Of a stretch of 64,000 nt of DNA, positions 50,241-60,373 are shown one piece after another. Made by a program: the position numbers and the translations under genes. Source of the DNA: Bacteroidales bacterium UBA6366 (lineage in GTDB: Bacteria > Bacteroidota > Bacteroidia > Bacteroidales > UBA932); contig DJRG01000042.1 in NCBI GenBank assembly GCA_002438845.1, positions 18,899 to 82,898 on the forward strand, read 5' to 3'. The notes under the pieces are model-generated. The model saw only the letters and a list, made by a program, of their open reading frames with translations. It made no database searches and was not told the DNA's origin. The first letter of the stretch is position 1; the number at the start of each line of letters is the position of its first letter.

Positions 50241-51970
50241 ATGAACTCGTCGCGCTCCTTGATGTCTTTGATGCGGAGCTGGAGAGTGGTGTTGCCTCGG
50301 TAGTAGTTCTCGACGATGGAGTAGCAGATGTCGAATGGATTGCCGGCCTTGATGTAGTCGTAGAACTCGGCCATGTTGAAGGCGATGGCGGGAATTTGGT
50401 GGAACGGCTGCTTCTCGTCGATGAGGTCCAGTTTCATGTGGACACCACCGGCTCCCACTTTACGGCCGTTGCCGCCGTCGGAGACGTTCTCGGTCAGGAA
50501 GACAGGATTGGTGTTGCCTGGGCCGAACGGCTGGAACTGCTTCAGAAGACGAAAGAATTTCGGAGTGATCTGGCTGAATTCCAACTTGGCGTCGATGTCG
50601 GTCATCGGGGTGAGCATCTCCTCGGTGATCTTTTCGGAGATGAACTTGTCAATCCTGCTGACGAACTCCTCCAGATTACCCTCCTTCAGGGTAAGGCCGG
50701 CCGCATAGACGTGTCCCCCGAAGTTCTCAAGCAGGTCAGCGCAACTCTCTATGGCCTCATAGAGGTCGAAACCGGCGACACTTCGGGCAGATCCGGTGAT
50801 GAATCCGTTCGATTTTGTCAGCACGATAGTCGGCTTGTAGAACGCCTCGACAAGCCGTGAGGCCACAATTCCGACAACGCCCTTGTTCCAAGTCGGATTG
50901 TAAACTATCGTAGCGGCGTCTGTTGACAACGCCGAACCGTTCTGGACCATCTCAAGGGCCTCCTGGGTGATCTCGCGGTCGATGCTCTTGCGGTCGTTGT
51001 TGTTGTCGTTGATCTTCTCGCCGATCATTGTGGCGGTGTGGTCGTCAGAAGCGGTCAAGAGTTCAACGGCCAAACGACCGGTCTCCATTCTTCCGGCGGC
51101 GTTGATCCTCGGGCCGATCTTGAACACGATGTCGTCAATCGTAAGATGGCCAAGTTCCAGTTTTGAGAGCGTCGCCATAGCGTGAAGACCCTTGCGTGGA
51201 TTCTCATTCAACTGCTTGAGGCCGAAGTGAGCCAGAACCCTGTTCTCCCCCACCATCGTCACGAGATCCGCCGCGATGCTCACCACAAGAAGATCCAGCA
51301 GCGGAATCAAAGTCTCGAACGGAATGCCGTATTTCAGAGAATATGCCTGCACAAGTTTGAAACCGACTCCACAGCCGCTCAGGTCATCGAACGGATAGGT
51401 GTCATCCTCACGCTTTGGATCCAGTACAGCCACAGCTGGCGGAAGCGTGTCCTCCGGAAGATGGTGGTCACAGATGATCACATCGATTCCCTTCGTGGCG
51501 GAATATTCAACCTTCTCGTTGGCCTTGATGCCGCAGTCCAAAGTGATGATCAGCCCGAAACCGTTATCCCCCGCCCAGTCGATGCCCTTGTAGGACACGC
51601 CGTAGCCCTCATCATAGCGGTCAGGAATGTAAAAATCCACCTTCGAGGAATACCTTCTAAGGAATGAATATACCAGCGAGACGGCGGTCGTGCCATCCAC
51701 GTCGTAGTCGCCATAGACAAGAATCTTCTCCTCACTCGTGATCGCTTTGCGGACCCTTTCTACGGCCACGTCCATATCCTTCATCAGGAACGGGTCGTGC
51801 AAGTCGTTAAGGCTCGGACGGAAAAACGAGCGCGCCTGCTCGAAAGTCTCGACCCCCCTCTTGACAAGAAGGTCAGCGAGAACCCGGTCAATGCCCAGTT
51901 CGGCGGAAAGCCTTCCCACTTTCTCCGGATCAGCCGGTTCCTTCAAAATCCATTTGCGCTCTTTTCCCAT
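50237..51970 (-). CDS. recJ: ssDNA-specific exonuclease RecJ
   Basis: YGDYDVDG, EGYG, DCG, DHH, PRINAAGR, GSARS, FGGH, PFGPGN. Confidence 0.98.
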   Translation of the reverse strand: MGKERKWILKEPADPEKVGRLSAELGIDRVLADLLVKRGVETFEQARSFFRPSLNDLHDPFLMKDMDVAVERVRKAITSEEKILVYGDYDVDGTTAVSLVYSFLRRYSSKVDFYIPDRYDEGYGVSYKGIDWAGDNGFGLIITLDCGIKANEKVEYSATKGIDVIICDHHLPEDTLPPAVAVLDPKREDDTYPFDDLSGCGVGFKLVQAYSLKYGIPFETLIPLLDLLVVSIAADLVTMVGENRVLAHFGLKQLNENPRKGLHAMATLSKLELGHLTIDDIVFKIGPRINAAGRMETGRLAVELLTASDDHTATMIGEKINDNNNDRKSIDREITQEALEMVQNGSALSTDAATIVYNPTWNKGVVGIVASRLVEAFYKPTIVLTKSNGFITGSARSVAGFDLYEAIESCADLLENFGGHVYAAGLTLKEGNLEEFVSRIDKFISEKITEEMLTPMTDIDAKLEFSQITPKFFRLLKQFQPFGPGNTNPVFLTENVSDGGNGRKVGAGGVHMKLDLIDEKQPFHQIPAIAFNMAEFYDYIKAGNPFDICYSIVENYYRGNTTLQLRIKDIKERDEFI

Positions 51971-52157
51971 AATAGACAAAGGTACGGATTTAATTTCAGA
52001 ATGTGAATTAAAAGTAGTAATTTTGCATATTCAGGGCGTATCTTATTCGCCGTTAGCGAAGAAGGAAACGACGGTCGCCGAAAGAATATTCCTCATTGCG
52101 TGAGACAGAAATATTCCGACCGCGAAAAATAGATTTGAATATAAAAACACAACAGAT

Positions 52158-53708
52158 ATGGCAAACATCGAACTCAGCGAGCAGGAGAGAATCAGACGAG
52201 AGTCTCTCGCAAAGTTAAGGGAATTGGGCATCAACCCTTATCCGGCACCTCTTTATCCAGTCAACGCGACCGCCAAGGAGATCGAGGCAGGTTTTGATCC
52301 TCAGAAGGGCAACTATCAGGAAGTCTGCATCGCAGGCCGTCTGATGTCCCGCAGAATCATGGGTGCGGCATCGTTCGGCGAAATCCAGGATGCCACGGGT
52401 AGGATCCAGATCTACGTCAAGAGAGACGAGATCTGCCCGGGCGAGGACAAGACGATGTACAACACAGTCTGGAAGAAGCTGCTTGACATCGGTGACATCA
52501 TCGGCATCAAGGGATTCGCCTTCATCACCCAGACAGGCCAGCTCAGCGTTCACGCCAAGGAATTGACAGTCCTGAGCAAGTCCCTGAGGGTTCTCCCTAT
52601 CGTAAAGGAGGTTGACGGCGTTGTCTATGACGCGTTCACCGATCCGGAGCTCCGCTACCGCCAGAGGTACGTGGATCTCATCGTGAACCCTCAGGTGAAG
52701 GACGTTTTCGTCAAGAGAGCCCAGATCATCGCCACGATGAGGGAATATTTCAACGCGGCTGGCTGCCTTGAGGTCGAGACACCGATCCTTCAGGCCATCC
52801 CTGGTGGCGCTACAGCCCGTCCGTTCATCACCCACCACAACGCCCTCGACATCGACCTCTACATGAGGATCGCCAACGAGCTCTACCTCAAGAGACTCAT
52901 CGTCGGTGGCTACAACGGTGTCTACGAGTTCGCCAAGGACTTCCGCAACGAGGGTATGGACAAGACCCACAACCCTGAGTTCACCTGTATGGAGATCTAC
53001 GTGGCCTACAAGGACTACATCTGGATGATGGACTTCGTGGAGAAGATGCTCGAAAAGATCGCCCTCAAACTGCACGGCACCACAGTCGTGAAGATCGGCG
53101 ACAAGGAGATCGACTTCAAGGCCGGCTACCGCAGACTGCCTATTCTTGAAGCCATTAAGGAATATGCCGGTGTGGATGTGAAGGGCATGGGAGTTGACGA
53201 GCTGCGCGAGACATGCAAGAAACTGAATGTCGAGTTCGAGCCTTCGATGGGTGTCGGCAAGTTGATCGACGCCATATTCGGAGAATATTGCGAGGAGCAT
53301 CTCATCGAGCCTACATTCATCATCGACTACCCTGTCGAGATGTCTCCGCTGACAAAGAGGCATCGCGAGGATCCTACCCTTACGGAGAGGTTCGAGCTGT
53401 TCGTCTGCGGCAAGGAGCTCGCGAACGCATATTCAGAGCTCAACGACCCTATCGACCAGCTGGAGAGGTTCGAAGAGCAGGCTGCCCTCAAGAGCCACGG
53501 AGACGACGAGGCGATGTTCATCGACTACGACTTCGTGCGCGCCCTTGAATATGGCATGCCACCTACCTCCGGTCTCGGAATGGGCATCGACCGCTTGACC
53601 ATGTTCATGACCGGCCAGACGACCATCCAGGATGTGCTTTTCTTCCCTCAGATGCGTCCTGAGAAGATCGTGAAGAGCGACAAGGGCGCCGAGGCGACAG
53701 AGGAATAA
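52158..53708 (+). CDS. lysS: Lysine--tRNA ligase (class II)
   Basis: [42 protein letters not shown]. Confidence 0.98.
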   Translation: MANIELSEQERIRRESLAKLRELGINPYPAPLYPVNATAKEIEAGFDPQKGNYQEVCIAGRLMSRRIMGAASFGEIQDATGRIQIYVKRDEICPGEDKTMYNTVWKKLLDIGDIIGIKGFAFITQTGQLSVHAKELTVLSKSLRVLPIVKEVDGVVYDAFTDPELRYRQRYVDLIVNPQVKDVFVKRAQIIATMREYFNAAGCLEVETPILQAIPGGATARPFITHHNALDIDLYMRIANELYLKRLIVGGYNGVYEFAKDFRNEGMDKTHNPEFTCMEIYVAYKDYIWMMDFVEKMLEKIALKLHGTTVVKIGDKEIDFKAGYRRLPILEAIKEYAGVDVKGMGVDELRETCKKLNVEFEPSMGVGKLIDAIFGEYCEEHLIEPTFIIDYPVEMSPLTKRHREDPTLTERFELFVCGKELANAYSELNDPIDQLERFEEQAALKSHGDDEAMFIDYDFVRALEYGMPPTSGLGMGIDRLTMFMTGQTTIQDVLFFPQMRPEKIVKSDKGAEATEE

Positions 53709-53728
53709 TCAATTTTGAATATTCAGGG

Positions 53729-53766
53729 AGGGTGACTGCGACCGCTATGTCCGAGTCACCCTTTTT
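53729..53766 (+). terminator. Intrinsic terminator after lysS
   Basis: AGGGTGACT...AGTCACCCT followed by TTTT. Confidence 0.75.
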
Positions 53767-53867
53767 GATATCAGAAACACCATGAAAGCGACCAACTTTC
53801 CTTTTCGTATGGTGCCATCACATTCCACCGTCATTCCAGACAGTCGAAAAACATAGTCATTTTTATT

Positions 53868-54677
53868 ATGAGAATCGAGAACATCACATCTGCTCAGAAC
53901 CAGAAGATCAAGGAGTTGCTGGCGCTTCAGGAGAAGTCGAAACTGAGACGGTCGGAAAGGTTGTTTGTGGTCGAAGGCCGCAGGGAACTCGGTCACTGCC
54001 TTGACGCCGGATTCGTTCCGAAGACTCTGTTCATCTGCGGAGAGCTGCTGACAGAAGAGGAACTGAACGACCTTCTTGGCAAGGCGGAAAGGCTGAATCC
54101 GAAAGTCGGCGTTGTCCAGGTTCTGTACGAGCTCTATGGCAAGATAGCCTACAGGGGCGGCACGGAAGGTGTCATCGCCGAAATGGAGTTTCGTGAAAGG
54201 ACTCTGGACAGCCTGATACTCAGCAGGAATCCGCTCGTCATAGTGCTTGAGGGCGTGGAGAAGCCCGGCAACCTCGGTGCCGTCCTCAGAAGCGCCGATG
54301 CCGCCGGAGCCGATGCCGTCATCATCTGCGACCCTTTGACAGACCTCTATAACCCGAACCTCATCAGGGCCAGCATCGGTGCCGTGTTCTCCAGACAAGT
54401 GGCAGTCGCTTCCTCCGAAGAGACCATCGCATGGCTCAAAGACAAACATATTCAGATACTCACCGCGCAGCTTCAGGACTCTTCCCTGTACTACGACACC
54501 GACATGAAGAAGCCGACCGCCATCGTGATGGGTACCGAGTCCACAGGCCTGACCGACATCTGGCGGAAGGCTGCCGACGCCCACATCCGCATCCCGATGC
54601 TCGGAGCCCTCGACTCCCTCAACGTCTCCGTCTCCGCCGCCATCCTCCTCTTCGAAGCCCTCCGCCAGAGGCAGTAA
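53868..54677 (+). CDS. TrmH/SpoU family RNA methyltransferase
   Basis: EKPGNLGAVLRSADAAG, MGTESTGL, IPMLG..DSLNVS. Confidence 0.94.
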   Translation: MRIENITSAQNQKIKELLALQEKSKLRRSERLFVVEGRRELGHCLDAGFVPKTLFICGELLTEEELNDLLGKAERLNPKVGVVQVLYELYGKIAYRGGTEGVIAEMEFRERTLDSLILSRNPLVIVLEGVEKPGNLGAVLRSADAAGADAVIICDPLTDLYNPNLIRASIGAVFSRQVAVASSEETIAWLKDKHIQILTAQLQDSSLYYDTDMKKPTAIVMGTESTGLTDIWRKAADAHIRIPMLGALDSLNVSVSAAILLFEALRQRQ

Positions 54678-54827
54678 AAACAGAGCCCTCCTATTTCCAT
54701 TTGCTCATAGTTCTCTCGGGATTTATTGTAAATTTGCAGTAAATCCCGAATATTTTATAGGAACAGCCTTATAAACAAGCAAATAACCAAAGGATATGAC
54801 GACATGTTTTCTCTGCGCATAGAATAA

Positions 54828-54960
54828 CCGGTGCGTGGAAAGATCAGTCTGACGCACGGTAAATTAGTTGATGGATGGTCGGTGAGTGGAAATGCCGTCG
54901 AGACGCACGGTCGGTCGATAAATGGATACCGGTGCGTGGAAATGCACCTTAGGCGCACAG
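54828..54960. repeat. Three ~50-bp tandem units each carrying GTGCGT-N15-ACGCAC
   Basis: Units start at 54828, 54879 and 54929 with (C/T)CGGTG(C/A)GTGGAAA; the loop is always 15 nt. Confidence 0.8.
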
Positions 54961-55060
54961 AAACAATGGGAGCCAACGTTTGGGTTGAAATTTGCAACGG
55001 GGTGGATGGTCGGCCGGCACGGGGTCGGTGCGGACTGAATAACCTTAAGATGATTGCGTT

Positions 55061-55456
55061 ATGGAAGAATTCTCTTTAGTGACTCCTACGTTGCTGTTCT
55101 CAGCCGTGTCTCTGATTATGCTTGCTTACACCAACCGTTTTCTGTCATACGCTCAGTTGGTGCGAAATCTCAAGGATAAATATGTAAAAGATAGGTCAGA
55201 GGTAACGGCAGCACAGATCGCGAATCTCCGTAAAAGGCTGAACCTGACCCGGAACATGCAGATTCTTGGAATCACAAGCCTGTTCTGCTGCGTCGTGTCA
55301 ATGTTCTTCTGCTTCATCAGCCTGAGGATCACAGCGATCATCATCTTCGGAATCGCCCTGCTGCTACTGATCTCATCCCTCGGCCTCTCAATCCGCGAGC
55401 TGGTCATCTCCACCAAGGCGCTGGAGATTCACCTCAACGATCTGGAGCACAAATAA
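55061..55456 (+). CDS. DUF2721 family membrane protein
   Basis: TPTLLFSAVSLIMLAYTNRF, QIANLRKR, ISTKALEIHL. Confidence 0.88.
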   Translation: MEEFSLVTPTLLFSAVSLIMLAYTNRFLSYAQLVRNLKDKYVKDRSEVTAAQIANLRKRLNLTRNMQILGITSLFCCVVSMFFCFISLRITAIIIFGIALLLLISSLGLSIRELVISTKALEIHLNDLEHK

Positions 55457-55486
55457 TGAAAGATTCAGTAGCAGGAGATCTTTCGA

Positions 55487-55540
55487 GTCGCTTCGACAGG
55501 CTCAGCGACCGGAGACTCAGCAACAGTAGGTTCAGCGACC
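55487..55540. repeat. Intergenic REP-like palindrome plus a partial copy between convergent genes
   Basis: GTCGC-TTCGACAGGCTCA-GCGAC (55487-55509); AGGTTCAGCGACC at 55528-55540. Confidence 0.85.
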
Positions 55541-55547
55541 AGACTAT

Positions 55548-56474
55548 CTAGAAAACGACCTCGGACATGGCTTTGAGGTCGGGCTGGTGGCCGGTCATGA
55601 TGGAGTAGCCGGTCAGGGCTTGGTATAGAAGCCAGCGGCGGCCGGAGATGTAGGTGCAGTCGGCGGAGGCGAGTTTCATCCGGGCCTCATCATCGAAAGA
55701 CGGAGTCTTGTAGTTCGCCTCAAGGATTACCTTTCTCTGGCCGGAATCCTCACAGGCGAAATCATCGGCGGTAAACTCAGCAATCTCGGGCAGGGCCATC
55801 GGCAGGGTGTAGATCACAAGGTCGCACTCCTTGACGGCCTCCTTGAAATCGGAGATAGGGTCCGGAAGGAAGCCATATTCCTGCATGGAATCGGCGATCG
55901 CCTGTGCCTTTTCGGGTGTGCGGTTCATCAGGATGGTGGCGAATCCAAGTTCCGCGGCGGCCACGGCGGCGGCCCTTCCAGCTCCACCGCAACCGACCAC
56001 AAGTGCCTGTGGCTGACGGTTGAACGTGCGGTTCAGTGTCATCAGGAAAAACTGGTGCATCTTCACGAAAAACTTGTCCCCGAAATTACCGATAAACTCC
56101 TCGACAATGCCAGGGAAATATGCCTCGACAACCGCCGTCACGATTCCTGTGAAGTCCGAATTGTACGCCTCGATGCCATTGGAGCCCTTCACCAGAAGGT
56201 TTGTCGCCCCGATGCGCGCGGCCGGTCCGGAAATAGCACCCTCTCCCTTGCGAGCCATCTCCAGAACCTTTGAATATGCCTGTTCCTTGAAAGGAGCGGT
56301 GACATTGACGGCGGCATATTCATCAACAAACCTTTGGAAGGAAGCCTCAAAATCAGCACCTTCGATCAGGTCGTATGAATATTCACCATCCTTCACGCCT
56401 TTGTACGCCGCCTCGAAAAGCGCCGGACTGCCGGATCCCTTGATCGGATCGCCTATGAGACCATATTTCGCCAT
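55548..56474 (-). CDS. aroE: Shikimate dehydrogenase
   Basis: GDPI..SP, NVTAPFK, GATN, NSD, GCGGAGRA, NRT, WLLYQA. Confidence 0.9.
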   Translation of the reverse strand: MAKYGLIGDPIKGSGSPALFEAAYKGVKDGEYSYDLIEGADFEASFQRFVDEYAAVNVTAPFKEQAYSKVLEMARKGEGAISGPAARIGATNLLVKGSNGIEAYNSDFTGIVTAVVEAYFPGIVEEFIGNFGDKFFVKMHQFFLMTLNRTFNRQPQALVVGCGGAGRAAAVAAAELGFATILMNRTPEKAQAIADSMQEYGFLPDPISDFKEAVKECDLVIYTLPMALPEIAEFTADDFACEDSGQRKVILEANYKTPSFDDEARMKLASADCTYISGRRWLLYQALTGYSIMTGHQPDLKAMSEVVF

Positions 56475-56740
56475 ATTCATAAATTCTTTTGAAAAGCAAT
56501 AAAATTCCGATTACTTTTGACAGGTGCGAAGTTAGCAAACCGCATGACATTCTGCAAATCATAATAGCCATTCACCACTTCCATTTTTTATGGGAATACG
56601 GAATATTTTGACTAACTTGCAATGCTTTGGGCCGGCCGTTGCGGCAACTGTTCTTCGCGAGATGATGCGTGGAATCTGGACGTTTGCCGCAAGGAGGTTC
56701 AATCAAGGCGCATTTTAACATAACTAAACGACTTAAGATC

Positions 56741-57415
56741 ATGTCACTGAACAAAGTAATGCTGATCGGTAACGTTGGAAAAGACCCGGAAGTACGTTAC
56801 CTTGATGGAAACAACAACCCTAATTCAGGAAGCACGAAGGTGGCGACGTTCACCCTCGCGACGACTGAACGCTATCGTGACCGCAATGGAGAACTTCGAG
56901 AGAACACGGAATGGCACAACATCGTGGCCTGGAGGAATTCGGCAGACGTGGCGGAAAAATACATCCGCAAAGGCACTCAGGTTTACATTGAAGGCAAGCT
57001 GAGGACTCGGTCGTGGACTGACCAAACGGGCAACAAGAGGTACACCACGGAGGTCACAGTGGACAATCTTCAGCTTCTGGGCAGGAAATCGGACAATCCT
57101 GGAGCGCAGGATGGTGGACAGGGGTACGGACAGGCCCAGGGAGGTTATAATGCAGGACAGCAGGGTGGCTACCAACAGCAAGGCCAAGGGTACGGGCAGC
57201 CGGCCCTTCGACAGGCTCAGGGACCGGCGGGCGGTCCGGCTCAAGGTCCGGCGTACGCTCAGCCTCAGTACCAGCAGGGCGGCTATCAACCATCACAACA
57301 GCCTACGCAGCAGACAGGTTATCAGCAGCAGGTTCAGCAGCCACAGCAGCAGACTCCTGTGAATCCTATCGAAGTCGCCGCTGCGGACATGCCACAGGAT
57401 GACCTTCCGTTCTAG
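56741..57415 (+). CDS. ssb: Single-stranded DNA-binding protein
   Basis: LNKVMLIGNVGKDPEVR, TEWHNIV, EGKLRTR, G/Q-rich tail, DDLPF. Confidence 0.97.
   Translation: MSLNKVMLIGNVGKDPEVRYLDGNNNPNSGSTKVATFTLATTERYRDRNGELRENTEWHNIVAWRNSADVAEKYIRKGTQVYIEGKLRTRSWTDQTGNKRYTTEVTVDNLQLLGRKSDNPGAQDGGQGYGQAQGGYNAGQQGGYQQQGQGYGQPALRQAQGPAGGPAQGPAYAQPQYQQGGYQPSQQPTQQTGYQQQVQQPQQQTPVNPIEVAAADMPQDDLPF
57200..57227. repeat. REP-like palindrome in-frame within the ssb linker
   Basis: CCGGCCCTTCGACAGGCTCAGGGACCGG encodes PALRQAQGP. Confidence 0.85.
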
Positions 57416-57526
57416 TTTCCGCCATGGTCTTTGAGCAATTTCTTTTCGTCACGAATGATTAACAAAAATAATTGCGACGAAGTCCAAACTGTTTTTAAGG
57501 AATATACAAAACGAATATTATCAGAT

Positions 57527-58792
57527 ATGAGTTCAAAACTTGACGTAGTCCTTGGCCTCCAGTGGGGAGACGAAGGAAAAGGTAAGATTGTGGATGTGCT
57601 TGCAGGCCGTTATCCGGCTGTTGCGAGATTCCAGGGTGGCCCGAACGCCGGACATTCCCTGCATTTCGACGGCAAGAACTTCGTGGTCCGCAGCATTCCT
57701 TCAGGAATATTCCGTGAAGGCTCCACCAACATCATCGGAAGCGGTGTCGTTCTGGATCCGATCACTCTGCGAGAGGAATGTGCGAATGTGGAGAAGATGA
57801 ACATCAACCCGAAAGAGAAGCTGTTCATCTCCAAGAAGGCCAACCTGATCCTTCCTACCCACAGGCTTCTGGACGCGGCTTACGAGGCGGCTGCCGGAAA
57901 AGGCAAGATCGGTTCCACCCTCAAGGGCATCGGGCCGACCTACACCGACAAGATCAGCAGACATGGCCTGAGGGTCGGTGACATCCTCGCCCCTGATTTC
58001 AAGGAAAGATTCGAGAAACTCAAGGCCAGACATATTCAATTGCTCTCAGATCTGCACTTCGAGTGTGATCCAGCCAAGGACGAGGCCGAGTGGATGAGCG
58101 CCATCGAGTTCCTGAAGGAATTCCAACTGATTGACTGCGAGTATTTCGTGAACAAATGGCTGGAAGACAAGCCGATGCTTGCCGAAGGAGCGCAGGGATC
58201 GATGCTTGACATCGACTACGGTTCCTATCCGTTCGTGACATCATCCTCCACCACAGTCGGCGGAGTCTGCACCGGACTTGGAGTCGCCCCGTCAAAGATC
58301 GGACACATCTATGGAATATTCAAGGCCTACTGCACCCGCGTGGGCAGCGGCCCGTTCCCGACAGAGTTGTTCGACGAGACAGGTGAGAGGCTCCGTCAGG
58401 TCGGACATGAGTTCGGGGCGGTCACAGGTCGTCCTCGCCGCTGCGGCTGGCTGGATCTCGTGGCGCTGAAGTACACCGTGATGATTGACGGCGTGACCGA
58501 CCTCATCATGATGAAGTCCGACTGCCTGGACGATTTCGAGACCATCAAGGTCTGCACCTCCTACAAGGTGGACGGCAAGGAGACCGATCAGGTTCCGTTC
58601 GACATTGCCGCCCAGATCGAGCCTGTTTACACCGAGTTCCCAGGTTGGAAGAAAGACCTCACCGGAATCCGCAAGGAAAGCGAACTTCCGCAGGAATTCA
58701 AGAACTACATCAAGTTCATGGAAGACTATCTCGGCGTGCCGATCAGCATAATCTCCCTCGGACCTGACCGCGAGGCCACAATCGAACGCTAA
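57527..58792 (+). CDS. purA: Adenylosuccinate synthetase
   Basis: GLQWGDEGKGK, GGPNAGH, EGAQG, TRVG.GPFPTE, TGRPRRCGW. Confidence 0.98.
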   Translation: MSSKLDVVLGLQWGDEGKGKIVDVLAGRYPAVARFQGGPNAGHSLHFDGKNFVVRSIPSGIFREGSTNIIGSGVVLDPITLREECANVEKMNINPKEKLFISKKANLILPTHRLLDAAYEAAAGKGKIGSTLKGIGPTYTDKISRHGLRVGDILAPDFKERFEKLKARHIQLLSDLHFECDPAKDEAEWMSAIEFLKEFQLIDCEYFVNKWLEDKPMLAEGAQGSMLDIDYGSYPFVTSSSTTVGGVCTGLGVAPSKIGHIYGIFKAYCTRVGSGPFPTELFDETGERLRQVGHEFGAVTGRPRRCGWLDLVALKYTVMIDGVTDLIMMKSDCLDDFETIKVCTSYKVDGKETDQVPFDIAAQIEPVYTEFPGWKKDLTGIRKESELPQEFKNYIKFMEDYLGVPISIISLGPDREATIER

Positions 58793-58809
58793 GCGAAAGA
58801 GACACTTAC

Positions 58810-58853
58810 AACAAGCCCCCGAAAGCAAGAAAGTACTTCCGGGGGCTTGTTTT
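58810..58853. terminator. Terminator between convergent purA and OMP genes
   Basis: AACAAGCCCCCG...CGGGGGCTTGTT plus T run. Confidence 0.8.
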
Positions 58854-58868
58854 ATGAATATGCGGCTG

Positions 58869-59819
58869 TTACAGATTGACCGTCAGACCGACTGCCCAAT
58901 GCTTGAATTCAGGCCAGTAGTCAGTGTCCATGATATTCATCGGAGAATATTTCGCGTAGACACCCACATCCCTGAAATTGAGCTGGAACATCAAGTCAAC
59001 CGTGGCGAGGTTGCAGTGTGCCCTCTTGTACTTGTCCTTCTGCTTTTCATCGTTCAGTCTGTATTTGTTGACAATCGAACTGTAAGCGTTAAGGTTCACG
59101 ACAGGGCCGATTGTAAATCCGAAACCTGAGGCGATGTTGCAACTGTACATGATAGGGAAAGTGACGCTGAACACCCTGAGTTTGGAGACTTTAGGATCAG
59201 AATGTTTCGGCCATTCAACATTAGGGTGAATGATTCCCTCATCATCTTTATACATCATTCCCTTGGTCATAGAGAAGTTCTTCCAGTTGAGACCGACACC
59301 ATAAGAGAATAGATGGCGGCCTGAATCGGAGCGAAAATCGTTGGAGTTGAGATACAAGAATATCTCATAGGATCGTTGAGTCTTGAAATTCATAACGTCC
59401 GAATCAGTTGAAATCAACGCAAAACCGAAATTGCCGGGATTCAGCATCTTGTCCCAGTCAACAGGCTCTTTCTTCAGCTTGCGGTAGAAAGGCACACTAA
59501 AGTCAAAGCGTTGGGAATCAGAATTCGCTTTCCTCTTTTTGTTGTCGTTGATGACAATCTTTGTCTCGCCAGGGTTATATTCATCCTTACGGCTATACTT
59601 GAACGACTTGTCAGACTCTGATCCGTAGATTGTCACAGTCTGTGGATTACTCTTGTTTGATCCGCATAGCTTGACCGAATCCGGTGAATAAACGATAACC
59701 AGAGAGTCCGACAGATAATTCAACTTCTTTCCATCCACGTTGACACGTGGGCGAATCTGCGCGGAAGCCATAGACGCACATACGAGCGTCATTAATACAA
59801 ATACTATTATCTTTTTCAT
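58869..59819 (-). CDS. Outer-membrane beta-barrel domain protein
   Basis: Signal peptide; SKLRVFSVTFP, GPVVNLN, YAKYSP, C-terminal strand. Confidence 0.75.
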   Translation of the reverse strand: MKKIIVFVLMTLVCASMASAQIRPRVNVDGKKLNYLSDSLVIVYSPDSVKLCGSNKSNPQTVTIYGSESDKSFKYSRKDEYNPGETKIVINDNKKRKANSDSQRFDFSVPFYRKLKKEPVDWDKMLNPGNFGFALISTDSDVMNFKTQRSYEIFLYLNSNDFRSDSGRHLFSYGVGLNWKNFSMTKGMMYKDDEGIIHPNVEWPKHSDPKVSKLRVFSVTFPIMYSCNIASGFGFTIGPVVNLNAYSSIVNKYRLNDEKQKDKYKRAHCNLATVDLMFQLNFRDVGVYAKYSPMNIMDTDYWPEFKHWAVGLTVNL

Positions 59820-59830
59820 ATCAATTGGTT

Positions 59831-60373
59831 TTATCTTTTCTTAAACATATAATTAAGATCGTCCATCGTGGCCTTGCCTCTCAGATAAACCACTGTGACA
59901 TACGCCTTTTTGAACGGCCCTTTAGCTTTCTCGTCCAAGATATATCCAGTTACCTCACGAGGGGGATCACCGGGAAGTCCACCGAAAGTCATTACCTCAT
60001 CCGTGATCTTTTTCGCCTGAAAGCACACATACATATTCTCGCGAGTTCCCTTGACGGGAATCCTAAGAATTGCGTAATTGAGTTGCCCGCCAACATAATC
60101 AATCTTTGTGTCTTCGGCACCGTTTACCGCATCAGCCTCGATCAGTCTTGCGATTCTTGCGATCATTTTGGCGTTGGCCTTGAAACTGATGCTGCGGAAA
60201 TATTTCAACCGATACGGTCTCAATTCGCTGCCGGTAACAATACTCTCGGAGACATCACGTACACCGGACATTTCCCGGAACAGACTGTCAATCTGAAGTC
60301 CTTCCTGCGCGCGTGCCGGAAGCAGGGTCAACAAGCACAGCGCAACTATCAAAATTACTTTTCGTCTCATCAT
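59831..60373 (-). CDS. Secreted protein (DUF6108-like) in ECF operon
   Basis: Signal peptide ARAQ; L.PY.L.YFRS, VVYLRG motifs. Confidence 0.6.
   Translation of the reverse strand: MMRRKVILIVALCLLTLLPARAQEGLQIDSLFREMSGVRDVSESIVTGSELRPYRLKYFRSISFKANAKMIARIARLIEADAVNGAEDTKIDYVGGQLNYAILRIPVKGTRENMYVCFQAKKITDEVMTFGGLPGDPPREVTGYILDEKAKGPFKKAYVTVVYLRGKATMDDLNYMFKKR

Noticed and set aside
54828..54960. CRISPR array
   Set aside because: Only three degenerate units with variable interiors, spacers under 20 nt and no cas genes in the window
54831..55079. 82-aa ORF over the array
   Set aside because: The repeat period shifts from 51 to 50 bp, so units change frame; no recognisable protein features
57100..57360. 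Q/G-rich SSB tail as a repeat element
   Set aside because: Ordinary low-complexity SSB linker; only the embedded palindrome is reported
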